Part shown: positions 38,272 through 46,640 of the stretch, piece by piece
Position numbering within the stretch: position 1 is the first letter of the stretch
How the letters are laid out: each line of letters starts with the position of its first letter
DNA from: an uncultured Muribaculaceae bacterium
GTDB lineage: Bacteria > Bacteroidota > Bacteroidia > Bacteroidales > UBA932
Reading direction: 5' to 3'
Assembly: GCA_964571735.1 (NCBI GenBank)
Contig: CAZNDD010000001.1
Span: 361 to 64,360 of the forward strand
Length of the DNA: 64,000 bases
Notes under the pieces: generated by a model
Seen by the model: only the letters and a program-made list of their open reading frames with translations
Databases searched by the model: none
Told to the model about the DNA's origin: nothing
Program-made: the position numbers and the translations under genes

Positions 38272-38762
38272 TGCAGAAGTGCGTCATAGCTGCCATAGCA
38301 GCAGACAGAGCCATAGGCAAAAATTCTACCCTTCCGTGGCATCTCAGCGGGGATTTGAAACGCTTCAAGTCCCTCACTATGGGATACCCGGTAATCATGG
38401 GGCGAAAGACCTTTCTCTCCATAGGACGAGCACTTCCCGGGCGTGTAAACATTGTCTTGACATCGCATCCGGAAGCATTTACGGCACACGATGTGATTGC
38501 CGCAGGCTCTCTTGAAGAAGCATTCTCAAAAGCAGAAGAAAGCGGAGCGCAGACCTGCTTCGTGATAGGCGGGGAATCTGTTTACAGAGAGGCTCTCCAG
38601 CACGCCAACAAGTTATATCTCACCCTTGTACACACGGAAGTGGACGGGGCGGACGCTTTCTTCCCCAAGTGGAATGAATCCGAATGGATTGAGATTTCTC
38701 GCTCGGAAATGCAGGAAGAAGACGGTCTACAATATGAATTCATAGATTACGATAGGGCCTAA
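38268..38762 (+). CDS. folA: Dihydrofolate reductase
   Basis: [51 protein letters not shown]. Start placed at ATG 38268, which forms an ATGA overlap with the thyA stop; the ORF-track start is 38238. Confidence 0.93.
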   Translation: MMQKCVIAAIAADRAIGKNSTLPWHLSGDLKRFKSLTMGYPVIMGRKTFLSIGRALPGRVNIVLTSHPEAFTAHDVIAAGSLEEAFSKAEESGAQTCFVIGGESVYREALQHANKLYLTLVHTEVDGADAFFPKWNESEWIEISRSEMQEEDGLQYEFIDYDRA

Positions 38763-38798
38763 TCCGGATCCTGGAAACATTTGAATAACACGCTGAGA

Positions 38799-41684
38799 AT
38801 GTCAAGATTGCGCAGAAATTTATGCAGAGCAGCCATATGCGGGCTTTTTCTTCACATAGGCGCGGAGGCGCGGGCGCAATTCTACCTACTCGGAAGCGAG
38901 AGCCCTTCCGTCAAATGGAGTCATATACAGACGGACGACTACAATTTCATCTATCCCTCGGCTTACGACTCACTGGCGCGTTCCTACGCCATGACATGGG
39001 AAAAACACAAAATTCCCGTAGGTAATTCGATAGGTGCCATACCCAACGAGGCTTACGACAGCCCGCTCCCGGTGGTATTGCACCCGTATGTGGCATACTC
39101 CAACGGCTCGGTAATCTGGACGCCCCGCAGAATGGAGATGTACACTTCTCCCGATATGTTCAATCCCGAGCCTCTCCCTTGGAGCACCATGCTCGCAATC
39201 CACGAGCAGAGACATGTGAGCCAGATGCAATTCGTCCATCAAGAACCATTCAAATGGACTTCTGTACTCTGTGGGGAACTTCTTGCAGGACCGCTTTCCG
39301 TCATACGCTTCGACCCGGCTCATTTTGAAGGTGATGCAGTTACTGCTGAAACAGCTCTGACCCATAGCGGACGGGCACGCACGGCAGAGTTCCTGGAGTA
39401 CTACAGGGCATGTCTGACAGAGGGAGACATGCGCAACTACGAGAGATGGAGATTCGGCTCACAGAAACTCTACACTCCGGACTATTACAAACTTGGATAC
39501 CTCGCCATAGGAGGTATGCGAGCGGTCTATGACAAGCCCCTACTGATGCAGGCTTATTACGGCTCATACCAGCCGTATCACCGCTTCATCAAAAAGGAGA
39601 CAGGACAGAAACTTCAAGATGCTTTCGAGCATGTTTTGTCTGTGCAGGACGAAATCTGGAGGGCAAATGAGTTCGAACGTGCCCCGTTCCAGAAAACGGA
39701 GCAGGTGACACAGACAGAAGAATATTTCACTTCATACAGTTCCATCGTAAAATGTAAAGGAAATCTTTACGCCCTACGCAGCGGAATGAATGACGCCAAA
39801 GCACTTGCACGCATATACGGAGACAAAGCCGTCAAGCTCCAATACAGCAGCGCATCGAGTGCATTGTATTCTGACGGCAAGAGGATTTATTGGTCAGAAT
39901 ACATCCCGCATCCGAGGTGGGAACTGCAGTCCTCATCCGTCATCAAATACTATGACAGAGGAGTACATACCCTTTCAGATAAAGGGAAAAAGTATTATAA
40001 TCCAACGACTTACAAGGACAGAGTCATAGTCTGCGAGAGCGCACCGGACGGAAGTTCATATATCACGGTGCTGTCCTCGGCGTCAGGCTCGGTCGTCAGC
40101 CGGCACAAAGCCCCTGACGGAATAAGCCCCTACGAAGCGGTCTGTATCAACGGTAATCTCATCTGCGCCGCCGTGAGCGACAAGGGAGAGGGACTCTACA
40201 GAGTTTCGGATTTCGAATGCATACTTGACGGAGGATTCGTCAAAATCAACCATCTTTTCGTTCACGAAGACAAGCTTTACTTTACATCGGACAGAACCGG
40301 AGTGGAAGAACTGTATATGATCGATGTTGCGGCTCTTCATAACAAAGGCACTGATGCCGACATAAACGATGCCGGGATTCACTGTATACAGGAAGTCCAC
40401 CAGGTGACCAATCTCAGACTTGGAGGACAGAATTTCTGCTTCGGAGATGACGGATACCTTTACTTCACCGCCTTGAAAAGCGATGGAAGGATGATTTACC
40501 GCACGGCATTGGCTGATTTGCCCATCAAGGGAGTGGATTTCTCCGAGCATTGCAGCTATCCACTCGAAGACAGGCTTTCCGAGCAGGAGAAGCTTATTGC
40601 TCAGGCAACTCAAAAGTCCCGGGAAGGAATAACCCCACCAGAAAGCCCAGACCAAACACAGAGTAATACCTGCAAACTGAAAGATACTTGTGTGTCTTCT
40701 CCAAAAAAGTACAGCAAAGCCTCACATGCGCTGAACGTCCACTCATGGTTGCCTTTCTATGTGGATTATGACGAACTTATGAGCAGCAGCGCGGAGACTC
40801 TTCTGCAGAATGCCGGACTCGGAGGCACAGTGTTTTTCCAAAATACGCTCAGCACCCTCTACGGCTCGGCAGGCTATCATTACAACCCATGGGCGGACGC
40901 ATCGCATTCATTCATGGCAAGTGTCACATACAGAGGTCTTTATCCTGTAATCAACAACAAGACTTACTACAATCTAAACGGCACACTGAGCAATAAACTC
41001 AATGTCTATATCCCGTTCAACCTCTCTTCCAACGGATGGTCGCGTAGCGTAATACCTTATATCAAATCGGATTATACTCATTCCGACAGCCTGTCATATT
41101 CTGTCGGCAAGATAGGACTCCGTGCCTACTCGATACTTCCCACTCCTGCCGCACGCAGTTTCCCGCAGTTAGGATTGGGAATGGATTTCGGGCTCAAGTA
41201 TTTCTTCGGAGCGTTGAGACCCGAGATGACAGTCTACGGATACACGCCCGGGATTAGCGGAGCGCAGGGGCTTGCATTCTCATACTCCGTGGGCACGGCT
41301 CCTTTCAGCCATGACAAAATAGCTATTACGGAGGGATTGTCTCTCAATACCTCAACTTTGAGCCTCGCCTACTCCATTCCCTTCCTATCCGTGGACTGGA
41401 ACGGCCTAAGTCCCGTATGCTATGTGCGCAACTTCGAGCTGATGCCCAGATTCAGACAACAGACCACCATCATAGACGGAGATTTGAGCAAATATGACGC
41501 GCCGGATTTGCAGGCTTCCCGCCGAATCTATAAATTTGGGACCGATTTGAGTGTGGTGCTTGGAAACATATTATTTGTTCCGTATGATTTCCATATAGGC
41601 TTGGGGGCCTATTATGTACATGGAGATATCGCTCCGGGCACGAAACCTTACGAGATTAACCTGATTTTCAGCGTAGATATATGA
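38799..41684 (+). CDS. Large secreted/outer-membrane protein: Peptidase_MA-like HExxH domain, TolB-like beta-propeller repeats and a strand-rich C-terminal domain; function unknown
   Basis: Start at ATG 38799 gives signal peptide MSRLRRNLCRAAICGLFLHIGAEARA. HEQRH at 39201-39215 is followed by HFEGDAVTAE 40 aa later. Propeller-like repeats (KRIYWSEY, DKLYFTSDRTGVEELYMID, GYLYFTALKSDGRMIYR). The last ~330 aa are rich in alternating aromatic/hydrophobic strands. Confidence 0.7.
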   Translation: MSRLRRNLCRAAICGLFLHIGAEARAQFYLLGSESPSVKWSHIQTDDYNFIYPSAYDSLARSYAMTWEKHKIPVGNSIGAIPNEAYDSPLPVVLHPYVAYSNGSVIWTPRRMEMYTSPDMFNPEPLPWSTMLAIHEQRHVSQMQFVHQEPFKWTSVLCGELLAGPLSVIRFDPAHFEGDAVTAETALTHSGRARTAEFLEYYRACLTEGDMRNYERWRFGSQKLYTPDYYKLGYLAIGGMRAVYDKPLLMQAYYGSYQPYHRFIKKETGQKLQDAFEHVLSVQDEIWRANEFERAPFQKTEQVTQTEEYFTSYSSIVKCKGNLYALRSGMNDAKALARIYGDKAVKLQYSSASSALYSDGKRIYWSEYIPHPRWELQSSSVIKYYDRGVHTLSDKGKKYYNPTTYKDRVIVCESAPDGSSYITVLSSASGSVVSRHKAPDGISPYEAVCINGNLICAAVSDKGEGLYRVSDFECILDGGFVKINHLFVHEDKLYFTSDRTGVEELYMIDVAALHNKGTDADINDAGIHCIQEVHQVTNLRLGGQNFCFGDDGYLYFTALKSDGRMIYRTALADLPIKGVDFSEHCSYPLEDRLSEQEKLIAQATQKSREGITPPESPDQTQSNTCKLKDTCVSSPKKYSKASHALNVHSWLPFYVDYDELMSSSAETLLQNAGLGGTVFFQNTLSTLYGSAGYHYNPWADASHSFMASVTYRGLYPVINNKTYYNLNGTLSNKLNVYIPFNLSSNGWSRSVIPYIKSDYTHSDSLSYSVGKIGLRAYSILPTPAARSFPQLGLGMDFGLKYFFGALRPEMTVYGYTPGISGAQGLAFSYSVGTAPFSHDKIAITEGLSLNTSTLSLAYSIPFLSVDWNGLSPVCYVRNFELMPRFRQQTTIIDGDLSKYDAPDLQASRRIYKFGTDLSVVLGNILFVPYDFHIGLGAYYVHGDIAPGTKPYEINLIFSVDI

Positions 41685-42250
41685 TTTGTTCGAAATGCTC
41701 CAAAGCCTTTGAGGCAGGAGAAACACATAGCATTGACACAAGCCGCAATCCCGAACTGAAAGCCGCCGTGATGGACGGTTCTCTTTTCGTACACAAATGT
41801 CCTTACTGCGGCAAGGACAACCTGACACCCGAGCCCGTTCTCTATCACGACCCCGACAGAAAAATCCTGATTGCTTACACCAATGCGCCGCTCTCTTCCG
41901 ACGGACTTGAAGGATATACCTGCCGCAGAGTAGCTTCAGTGGGGGATTTGATAGAGAAAGTCAAGATTTTCGAATCGGAGCTGGACGACATTGCCGTGGA
42001 ACTTGCCAAATTCATCACCTGCCAGGAAATGAAGAAGGAAGTGGCTCTCAAGTTTCTGAAAATGGACGGGGCGGACGGAGAAATCACCCTCACTTATCCT
42101 GAAGGCGGCAACATGGAGATGATAGTGATAGGATACAATGTCTATTCAGACTGCGAAGGTATAGTCTCGCGCAATCCCCAGCTCCAAAGCATGGCGGATG
42201 GACTCACCAAAGTAGACCGCGACTGGATAGCGCAGTTCATCGCCGAATAG
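41681..42250 (+). CDS. CpXC domain protein (zinc-ribbon-like)
   Basis: 189 aa: MICSKCSKAF...FVHKCPYCGKDN (two CxxC pairs at CpXC-typical spacing). ATGA overlap with the upstream stop. Confidence 0.7.
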   Translation: MICSKCSKAFEAGETHSIDTSRNPELKAAVMDGSLFVHKCPYCGKDNLTPEPVLYHDPDRKILIAYTNAPLSSDGLEGYTCRRVASVGDLIEKVKIFESELDDIAVELAKFITCQEMKKEVALKFLKMDGADGEITLTYPEGGNMEMIVIGYNVYSDCEGIVSRNPQLQSMADGLTKVDRDWIAQFIAE

Positions 42251-42319
42251 GGATTCCACCCGCAACAACTTATTCTACAAAGTTGGTGTCAGAGAGTTTT
42301 TTTCACCGCGAAGATTGAC

Positions 42320-42327
42320 TAACTTTG
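42320..42327 (+). promoter_or_regulatory. Candidate -7 promoter box (TAACTTTG) for ychF
   Basis: Matches TAnnTTTG, 71 nt upstream of ATG 42399. It overlaps one arm of a 10-bp inverted repeat. Confidence 0.35.
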
Positions 42328-42398
42328 TAGGCTTTCTTACAAAGGCCGCCGCTACAAGTAGGCGGTTTGGATTTTGAGATACTTAACAGCTCACTGAT

Positions 42399-43499
42399 AT
42401 GTCCCTTAAATGCGGAATTGTAGGATTGCCTAATGTCGGCAAATCCACTCTTTTCAACTGCATAAGCTCAGGCAAGGCCCAGAGCGCGAATTTCCCTTTC
42501 TGTACCATCGAGCCCAACCTCGGTTCAACCAATGTCCCGGACAAGAGGTTGGAAGTACTATGTGATATATGCAATCCCAAAAGCATTGTCCCTGCGACTG
42601 TGGATATTGTGGATATCGCAGGCCTTGTAAGAGGTGCCAGTAGAGGCGAAGGTCTTGGTAACCAGTTCCTTGCAAACATACGCGAATGTGATGCCATACT
42701 CCATGTACTTCGCTGCTTCGAAGACGGCAATGTGGTCCATGTAGACGGAAGCGTAGACCCTGTCCGCGACAAGGAAGTCGTGGATACGGAGCTCCAGCTC
42801 AAGGATTTGGAAATGGTCGAGGCGCGTCTTGCAAAGGTAGAGAAAGCCGGCAAGGCGGGAGACAAGGAAGCTGCCAAGGCTGCAGCATTGCTCAAACGCC
42901 TTCGCGATGCCCTTATGGAGGGCAAGTCCTGCCGCAGCGTGGAGAGCATCAACGAAGATGAGGTTACACTGCGTAAAGATTTGTTTCTCCTGACAGACAA
43001 ACCCGTTATGTATGTCTGCAATGTGGACGATGCTTCCGCAGCAGAAGGCAACGCCTATGTAGACGCGGTGCGTGAAGCAGTCAAGGACGAGCATGCCGAG
43101 ATCCTTATCATTTCAGCAAGGACAGAGTCAGAAATCGCTGAGATTGAAGACTTTGAAGAGAGACAAATATTCCTCGAAGACATGGGTCTGAAAGAATCGG
43201 GAGTAGTGAGACTCCTCCAGGGAGCATATCACCTGCTCGGACTGCAGACTTTCTTCACTGCAGGTGCTGACGAGTGCAGGGCATGGACCATACGCAAAGG
43301 CGACAAGGCGCCCAAGGCTGCAGGAGTGATTCATACCGACTTTGAGAAAGGATTTATCCGCGCAGAGGTTATCAAATACGAGGACTTTGTGAACTACAAG
43401 AGCGAATCCGCCTGCCGCGCCGCCGGTAAACTCGGTATCGAAGGCAAAGATTATGTGGTGCAGGACGGCGATATAATGCATTTCCTTTTCAATGTCTGA
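42399..43499 (+). CDS. ychF: Redox-regulated ribosome-binding ATPase YchF
   Basis: 366 aa with GIVGLPNVGKSTLFN and a C-terminal TGS-like GKDYVVQDGDIMHFLFNV. Confidence 0.96.
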   Translation: MSLKCGIVGLPNVGKSTLFNCISSGKAQSANFPFCTIEPNLGSTNVPDKRLEVLCDICNPKSIVPATVDIVDIAGLVRGASRGEGLGNQFLANIRECDAILHVLRCFEDGNVVHVDGSVDPVRDKEVVDTELQLKDLEMVEARLAKVEKAGKAGDKEAAKAAALLKRLRDALMEGKSCRSVESINEDEVTLRKDLFLLTDKPVMYVCNVDDASAAEGNAYVDAVREAVKDEHAEILIISARTESEIAEIEDFEERQIFLEDMGLKESGVVRLLQGAYHLLGLQTFFTAGADECRAWTIRKGDKAPKAAGVIHTDFEKGFIRAEVIKYEDFVNYKSESACRAAGKLGIEGKDYVVQDGDIMHFLFNV

Positions 43500-44262
43500 G
43501 GTCAGAGCCAAGAAAGCCCTCGGTCAGCACTTCCTGACGGATCAGAGCATAGCACGCAGAATCGTAGCTACGCTCTCCTCAGATGGAGTGCGCGATGTAC
43601 TGGAGATAGGTCCCGGAATGGGCGTACTCACGCAGTATCTGCTTGAAAGAGAAGACCTGGACCTCAAGATGGTAGAGGTGGACGGGGAGTCTGTAGAGTA
43701 TCTCATGAACCATTACCAGAATATGCAGGGTAGGCTTCTGCAGGCTGATTTCCTGAAACTCGATATGAGCAAGGTCTTCGACGGAGATTATCGCGTGATA
43801 GGTAATTTCCCCTACAACATCTCCTCGCAGATTTTCTTCAAGATATTGGACGACAGGGAGCGTATACCGGAAGTGGTATGCATGATACAGAAAGAAGTGG
43901 CTGAAAGGCTGGCTGCGCCCCCCGGAAGCAAGACTTACGGCATCCTGTCCGTCCTGCTCCAGACATGGTACGACATAGAGTATGTCATAAGCGTGGGAAG
44001 CGGAGCGTTTAACCCGCCGCCGAAAGTCCAGTCAGCAGTCATACGCCTGAAAAGAAATTCCAGAACCGATTTCGATTGCGACGAGACGCTCTTCCGCAAA
44101 GTAGTGAAGACTGCCTTCGCACAAAGGCGCAAGACGCTTAGAAACGCCCTTAAACCGATTTTACCGGAGGGTTTCGACACTTCGGCACCGCTGTTTGACC
44201 TGCGGGCAGAAAGACTCAGCGTCGAAGACTACATAGAACTCACAAAGAGCATATCACAATAA
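43492..44262 (+). CDS. rsmA: 16S rRNA (adenine1518/1519-N6)-dimethyltransferase
   Basis: 256 aa with KKALGQHFL, EIGPGMGVLT and NFPYNISS motifs. Confidence 0.95.
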   Translation: MSEVRAKKALGQHFLTDQSIARRIVATLSSDGVRDVLEIGPGMGVLTQYLLEREDLDLKMVEVDGESVEYLMNHYQNMQGRLLQADFLKLDMSKVFDGDYRVIGNFPYNISSQIFFKILDDRERIPEVVCMIQKEVAERLAAPPGSKTYGILSVLLQTWYDIEYVISVGSGAFNPPPKVQSAVIRLKRNSRTDFDCDETLFRKVVKTAFAQRRKTLRNALKPILPEGFDTSAPLFDLRAERLSVEDYIELTKSISQ

Positions 44263-44263
44263 C

Positions 44264-44299
44264 ATTGGAGGGACTGTTGAAGTCTCTCCAATTTATTTT
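44264..44299 (+). terminator. Rho-independent terminator candidate after rsmA
   Basis: ATTGGAGGGAC-tgttgaa-GTCTCTCCAAT (11-bp stem with one G-U pair) followed by TTATTTT. Confidence 0.65.
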
Positions 44300-44428
44300 A
44301 ACCATAACCAATTAAATCCCCTGCAAACATCCAAGGAATCACATTTGCATTAGTCGGGGAAAATTGCCATAATTGTAATGCCTGAAGAATCTGAGGATTC
44401 AATACAGGCACAAAAATTAAAACCGATT

Positions 44429-45334
44429 ATGAACAGACTTGCTATGATACTTCTTTCAGGATGCATCGTATTCTGGAATGTCGAAAATTTCTTCGACCCT
44501 CTGCCTCAATCTGACAATGCTTCCGAATTGGAATTTACAGCCGACGGGGTCAAACATTGGACTACTTCGCGCATGAGGAAGAAAGCTATGAGCATATCCA
44601 AACTCATATTATCCCTCTCCGACTCTGCACTCCAGCCGCCTCAAATGGTAGCTCTTGCCGAAGTGGAAAATGAACATTGCCTCAAAACTCTCATTTACGG
44701 CACTCCCCTGCGTAAATTCGGCTACCGATACCTGCATTTCGACTCCCACGACCCAAGAGGAATCGACTGCGCCTTGCTTTACAGAGGTCCGAAGCCAATC
44801 AGAAGCCGTGCAATCCCGCTCAAAGACAGTTTAGGAGCGATTATACCGACCCGCGACATACTCGTGGCAGAATGGGACTCCGTAGCCGTTTTAGTATGCC
44901 ACCTACCCTCTAAAAGAGGTTCGAGCGAAGAAGCGCAAAGTCGCAGAATACTCGCATTGAATACTCTTCGAGATATATGTGATTCTCTTTCGGGCAAAAC
45001 TACCATAGTCATAGGAGATTTCAACGATACGCGCTCCGCCCTATCGGATTCGCTGATGAGCCCGATGAGAGAAGTTCAATGCCCGGAAGCAGGCAGTATC
45101 AAGTTCGACGGCAGATGGGAAGCGATAGACAGGGCTTTCGTATCTGAAAATACGGATGCAGTACTCCATATAATAAACAGAAGTTTCCTCTGCACAGAAG
45201 ACAAAAAATACGGAGGAGTCAAACCCCTCCGTACATATCTTGGACCGCGTTATATAGGCGGTACAAGCGACCACCTTCCGGTGATGCTCAATTATTCGAC
45301 TTTACGGGCACCGTCAGACACAACCACATTATAA
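44429..45334 (+). CDS. Endonuclease/exonuclease/phosphatase (EEP) family protein
   Basis: WNVENFF near the N-terminus, GDFND and SDHLPV motifs. Start placed at ATG 44429 (MNRLAMILLSGC...). Confidence 0.8.
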   Translation: MNRLAMILLSGCIVFWNVENFFDPLPQSDNASELEFTADGVKHWTTSRMRKKAMSISKLILSLSDSALQPPQMVALAEVENEHCLKTLIYGTPLRKFGYRYLHFDSHDPRGIDCALLYRGPKPIRSRAIPLKDSLGAIIPTRDILVAEWDSVAVLVCHLPSKRGSSEEAQSRRILALNTLRDICDSLSGKTTIVIGDFNDTRSALSDSLMSPMREVQCPEAGSIKFDGRWEAIDRAFVSENTDAVLHIINRSFLCTEDKKYGGVKPLRTYLGPRYIGGTSDHLPVMLNYSTLRAPSDTTTL

Positions 45335-46443
45335 ATCTTGGGTTCATGTCCGAAACGCTCAGTAAAGTCAGCCGCCACGACCTCAATGAAGGCGTTGTAT
45401 AACTCCGACTTTACAAGGTTGATGGTACAGCCTCCGAAACCTCCGCCCATTACGCGTGAACCCGTGACGCCCATCTTGCGAGCAGACGCATTGAGGAAAT
45501 CAAGTTCTTCGCAACTGACTTCATAGAGACGGCTGAGCCCGAAATGAGTCTGATACATCATCTCACCTGCAGTCACATAATCCTCTCTCTCAAGAGCATC
45601 GCAGAAATCCAAAACCCGCTGGACTTCACCAATGACATATTCGGCACGCAGGAAATCCTCCTCGGGAATCTCAGTCCTTACCTCCTCAAGCCATACTCTC
45701 TTGGCATCGCTGAGGAACTCAACCTCGGGATGATTCTTACGGATTGCCGCGCAGGCATTTTCACATGAGGCGCGACGCTTGTTGTAAGCTGAAGATGCCA
45801 GCTCGTGCTTGACGCATGAATCTATCAAAACAAGCTTATAACCATGAGCTTCAGGGTCAAATGGGAAATATTTATACTCCAAAGTCTTGCAGTTGAGACG
45901 GATGAGGCAGCCTTTCTTACCGAAGCAGGAAGCGAATTGGTCCATAATACCGCAATTCACTCCGCAGTAATTATGCTCCGTGCTCTGTCCTATCTTGGCA
46001 AGTTCAAAAAGGTCTATACCGTTGGAGTTAAGATCGTTAATAGCGTAAGCAAAACAACTTTCGAGTGCTGCGGATGAAGAAAGACCTGCTCCGAGAGGTA
46101 CATCCCCTGCAAACACGGCATCGAATCCTGCAACCTTTCCACCACGCTTGATAGTCTCGCGGCATACTCCGAAGACATAGCGCGCCCACTGCTGTTCGGG
46201 CTTATCCTCTTCGTTCAGACCGAACGAAGTCTGCTCGTCATAGTCTACAGAATAGAGATTAACCTTATCAGTGCCATTGAGTTTAATTTGGGCCATAATA
46301 CCCTTGTCAATAGCTCCAGGAAACACATATCCACCGTTGTAATCAGTGTGTTCGCCAATAAGGTTTACTCGTCCGGCACTGGCATACAAAGACCCGCCTT
46401 CACCAAAAAGACTTTTGAATTTGTCTTGGATTCTTTCTTTCAT
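45292..46443 (-). CDS. galK: Galactokinase
   Basis: 383 aa with GRVNLIGEHTDYNGG and PLGAGLSSSAA (GHMP kinase) motifs. Confidence 0.96.
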   Translation of the reverse strand: MKERIQDKFKSLFGEGGSLYASAGRVNLIGEHTDYNGGYVFPGAIDKGIMAQIKLNGTDKVNLYSVDYDEQTSFGLNEEDKPEQQWARYVFGVCRETIKRGGKVAGFDAVFAGDVPLGAGLSSSAALESCFAYAINDLNSNGIDLFELAKIGQSTEHNYCGVNCGIMDQFASCFGKKGCLIRLNCKTLEYKYFPFDPEAHGYKLVLIDSCVKHELASSAYNKRRASCENACAAIRKNHPEVEFLSDAKRVWLEEVRTEIPEEDFLRAEYVIGEVQRVLDFCDALEREDYVTAGEMMYQTHFGLSRLYEVSCEELDFLNASARKMGVTGSRVMGGGFGGCTINLVKSELYNAFIEVVAADFTERFGHEPKIYNVVVSDGARKVE

Positions 46444-46499
46444 ATCAGATGATATCGTTAATAGTTCTGTGTAATTAGTTGCTTTGGTTATAAACCGGA

Positions 46500-46507
46500 C
46501 AAATATA
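46500..46507 (-). promoter_or_regulatory. Candidate -7 promoter box (TATATTTG) for galK
   Basis: The reverse strand matches TAnnTTTG, about 57 nt upstream of ATG 46443. Confidence 0.4.
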
Positions 46508-46579
46508 ACAAGAAGCTACCAAAATTAATATTCAAAGCGAGTTTATTTAGTTTTTTAGGCATTTTTTGCCTTGAATTAC

Positions 46580-46615
46580 AAAAAAGGACCGACAGCGGAA
46601 TCCCGCCATCGGCCC
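46580..46615 (-). terminator. Rho-independent terminator candidate after the ppiD-like gene
   Basis: Reverse strand GGGCCGATGGCGG-gatt-CCGCTGTCGGTCC (10 of 13 bp) followed by TTTTTTG. Confidence 0.55.
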
Positions 46616-46640
46616 TGATTATATAGTGAAGATGTAAAGT

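Noticed and set aside
45292-45334. 43-nt convergent 3' overlap between the EEP gene and galK.
   Set aside because: Both stops are unambiguous, so the overlap is real. But the last ~14 codons of the EEP ORF (after SDHLPVMLNY) look like a non-conserved tail. This is probably incidental read-on rather than a regulatory antisense arrangement.
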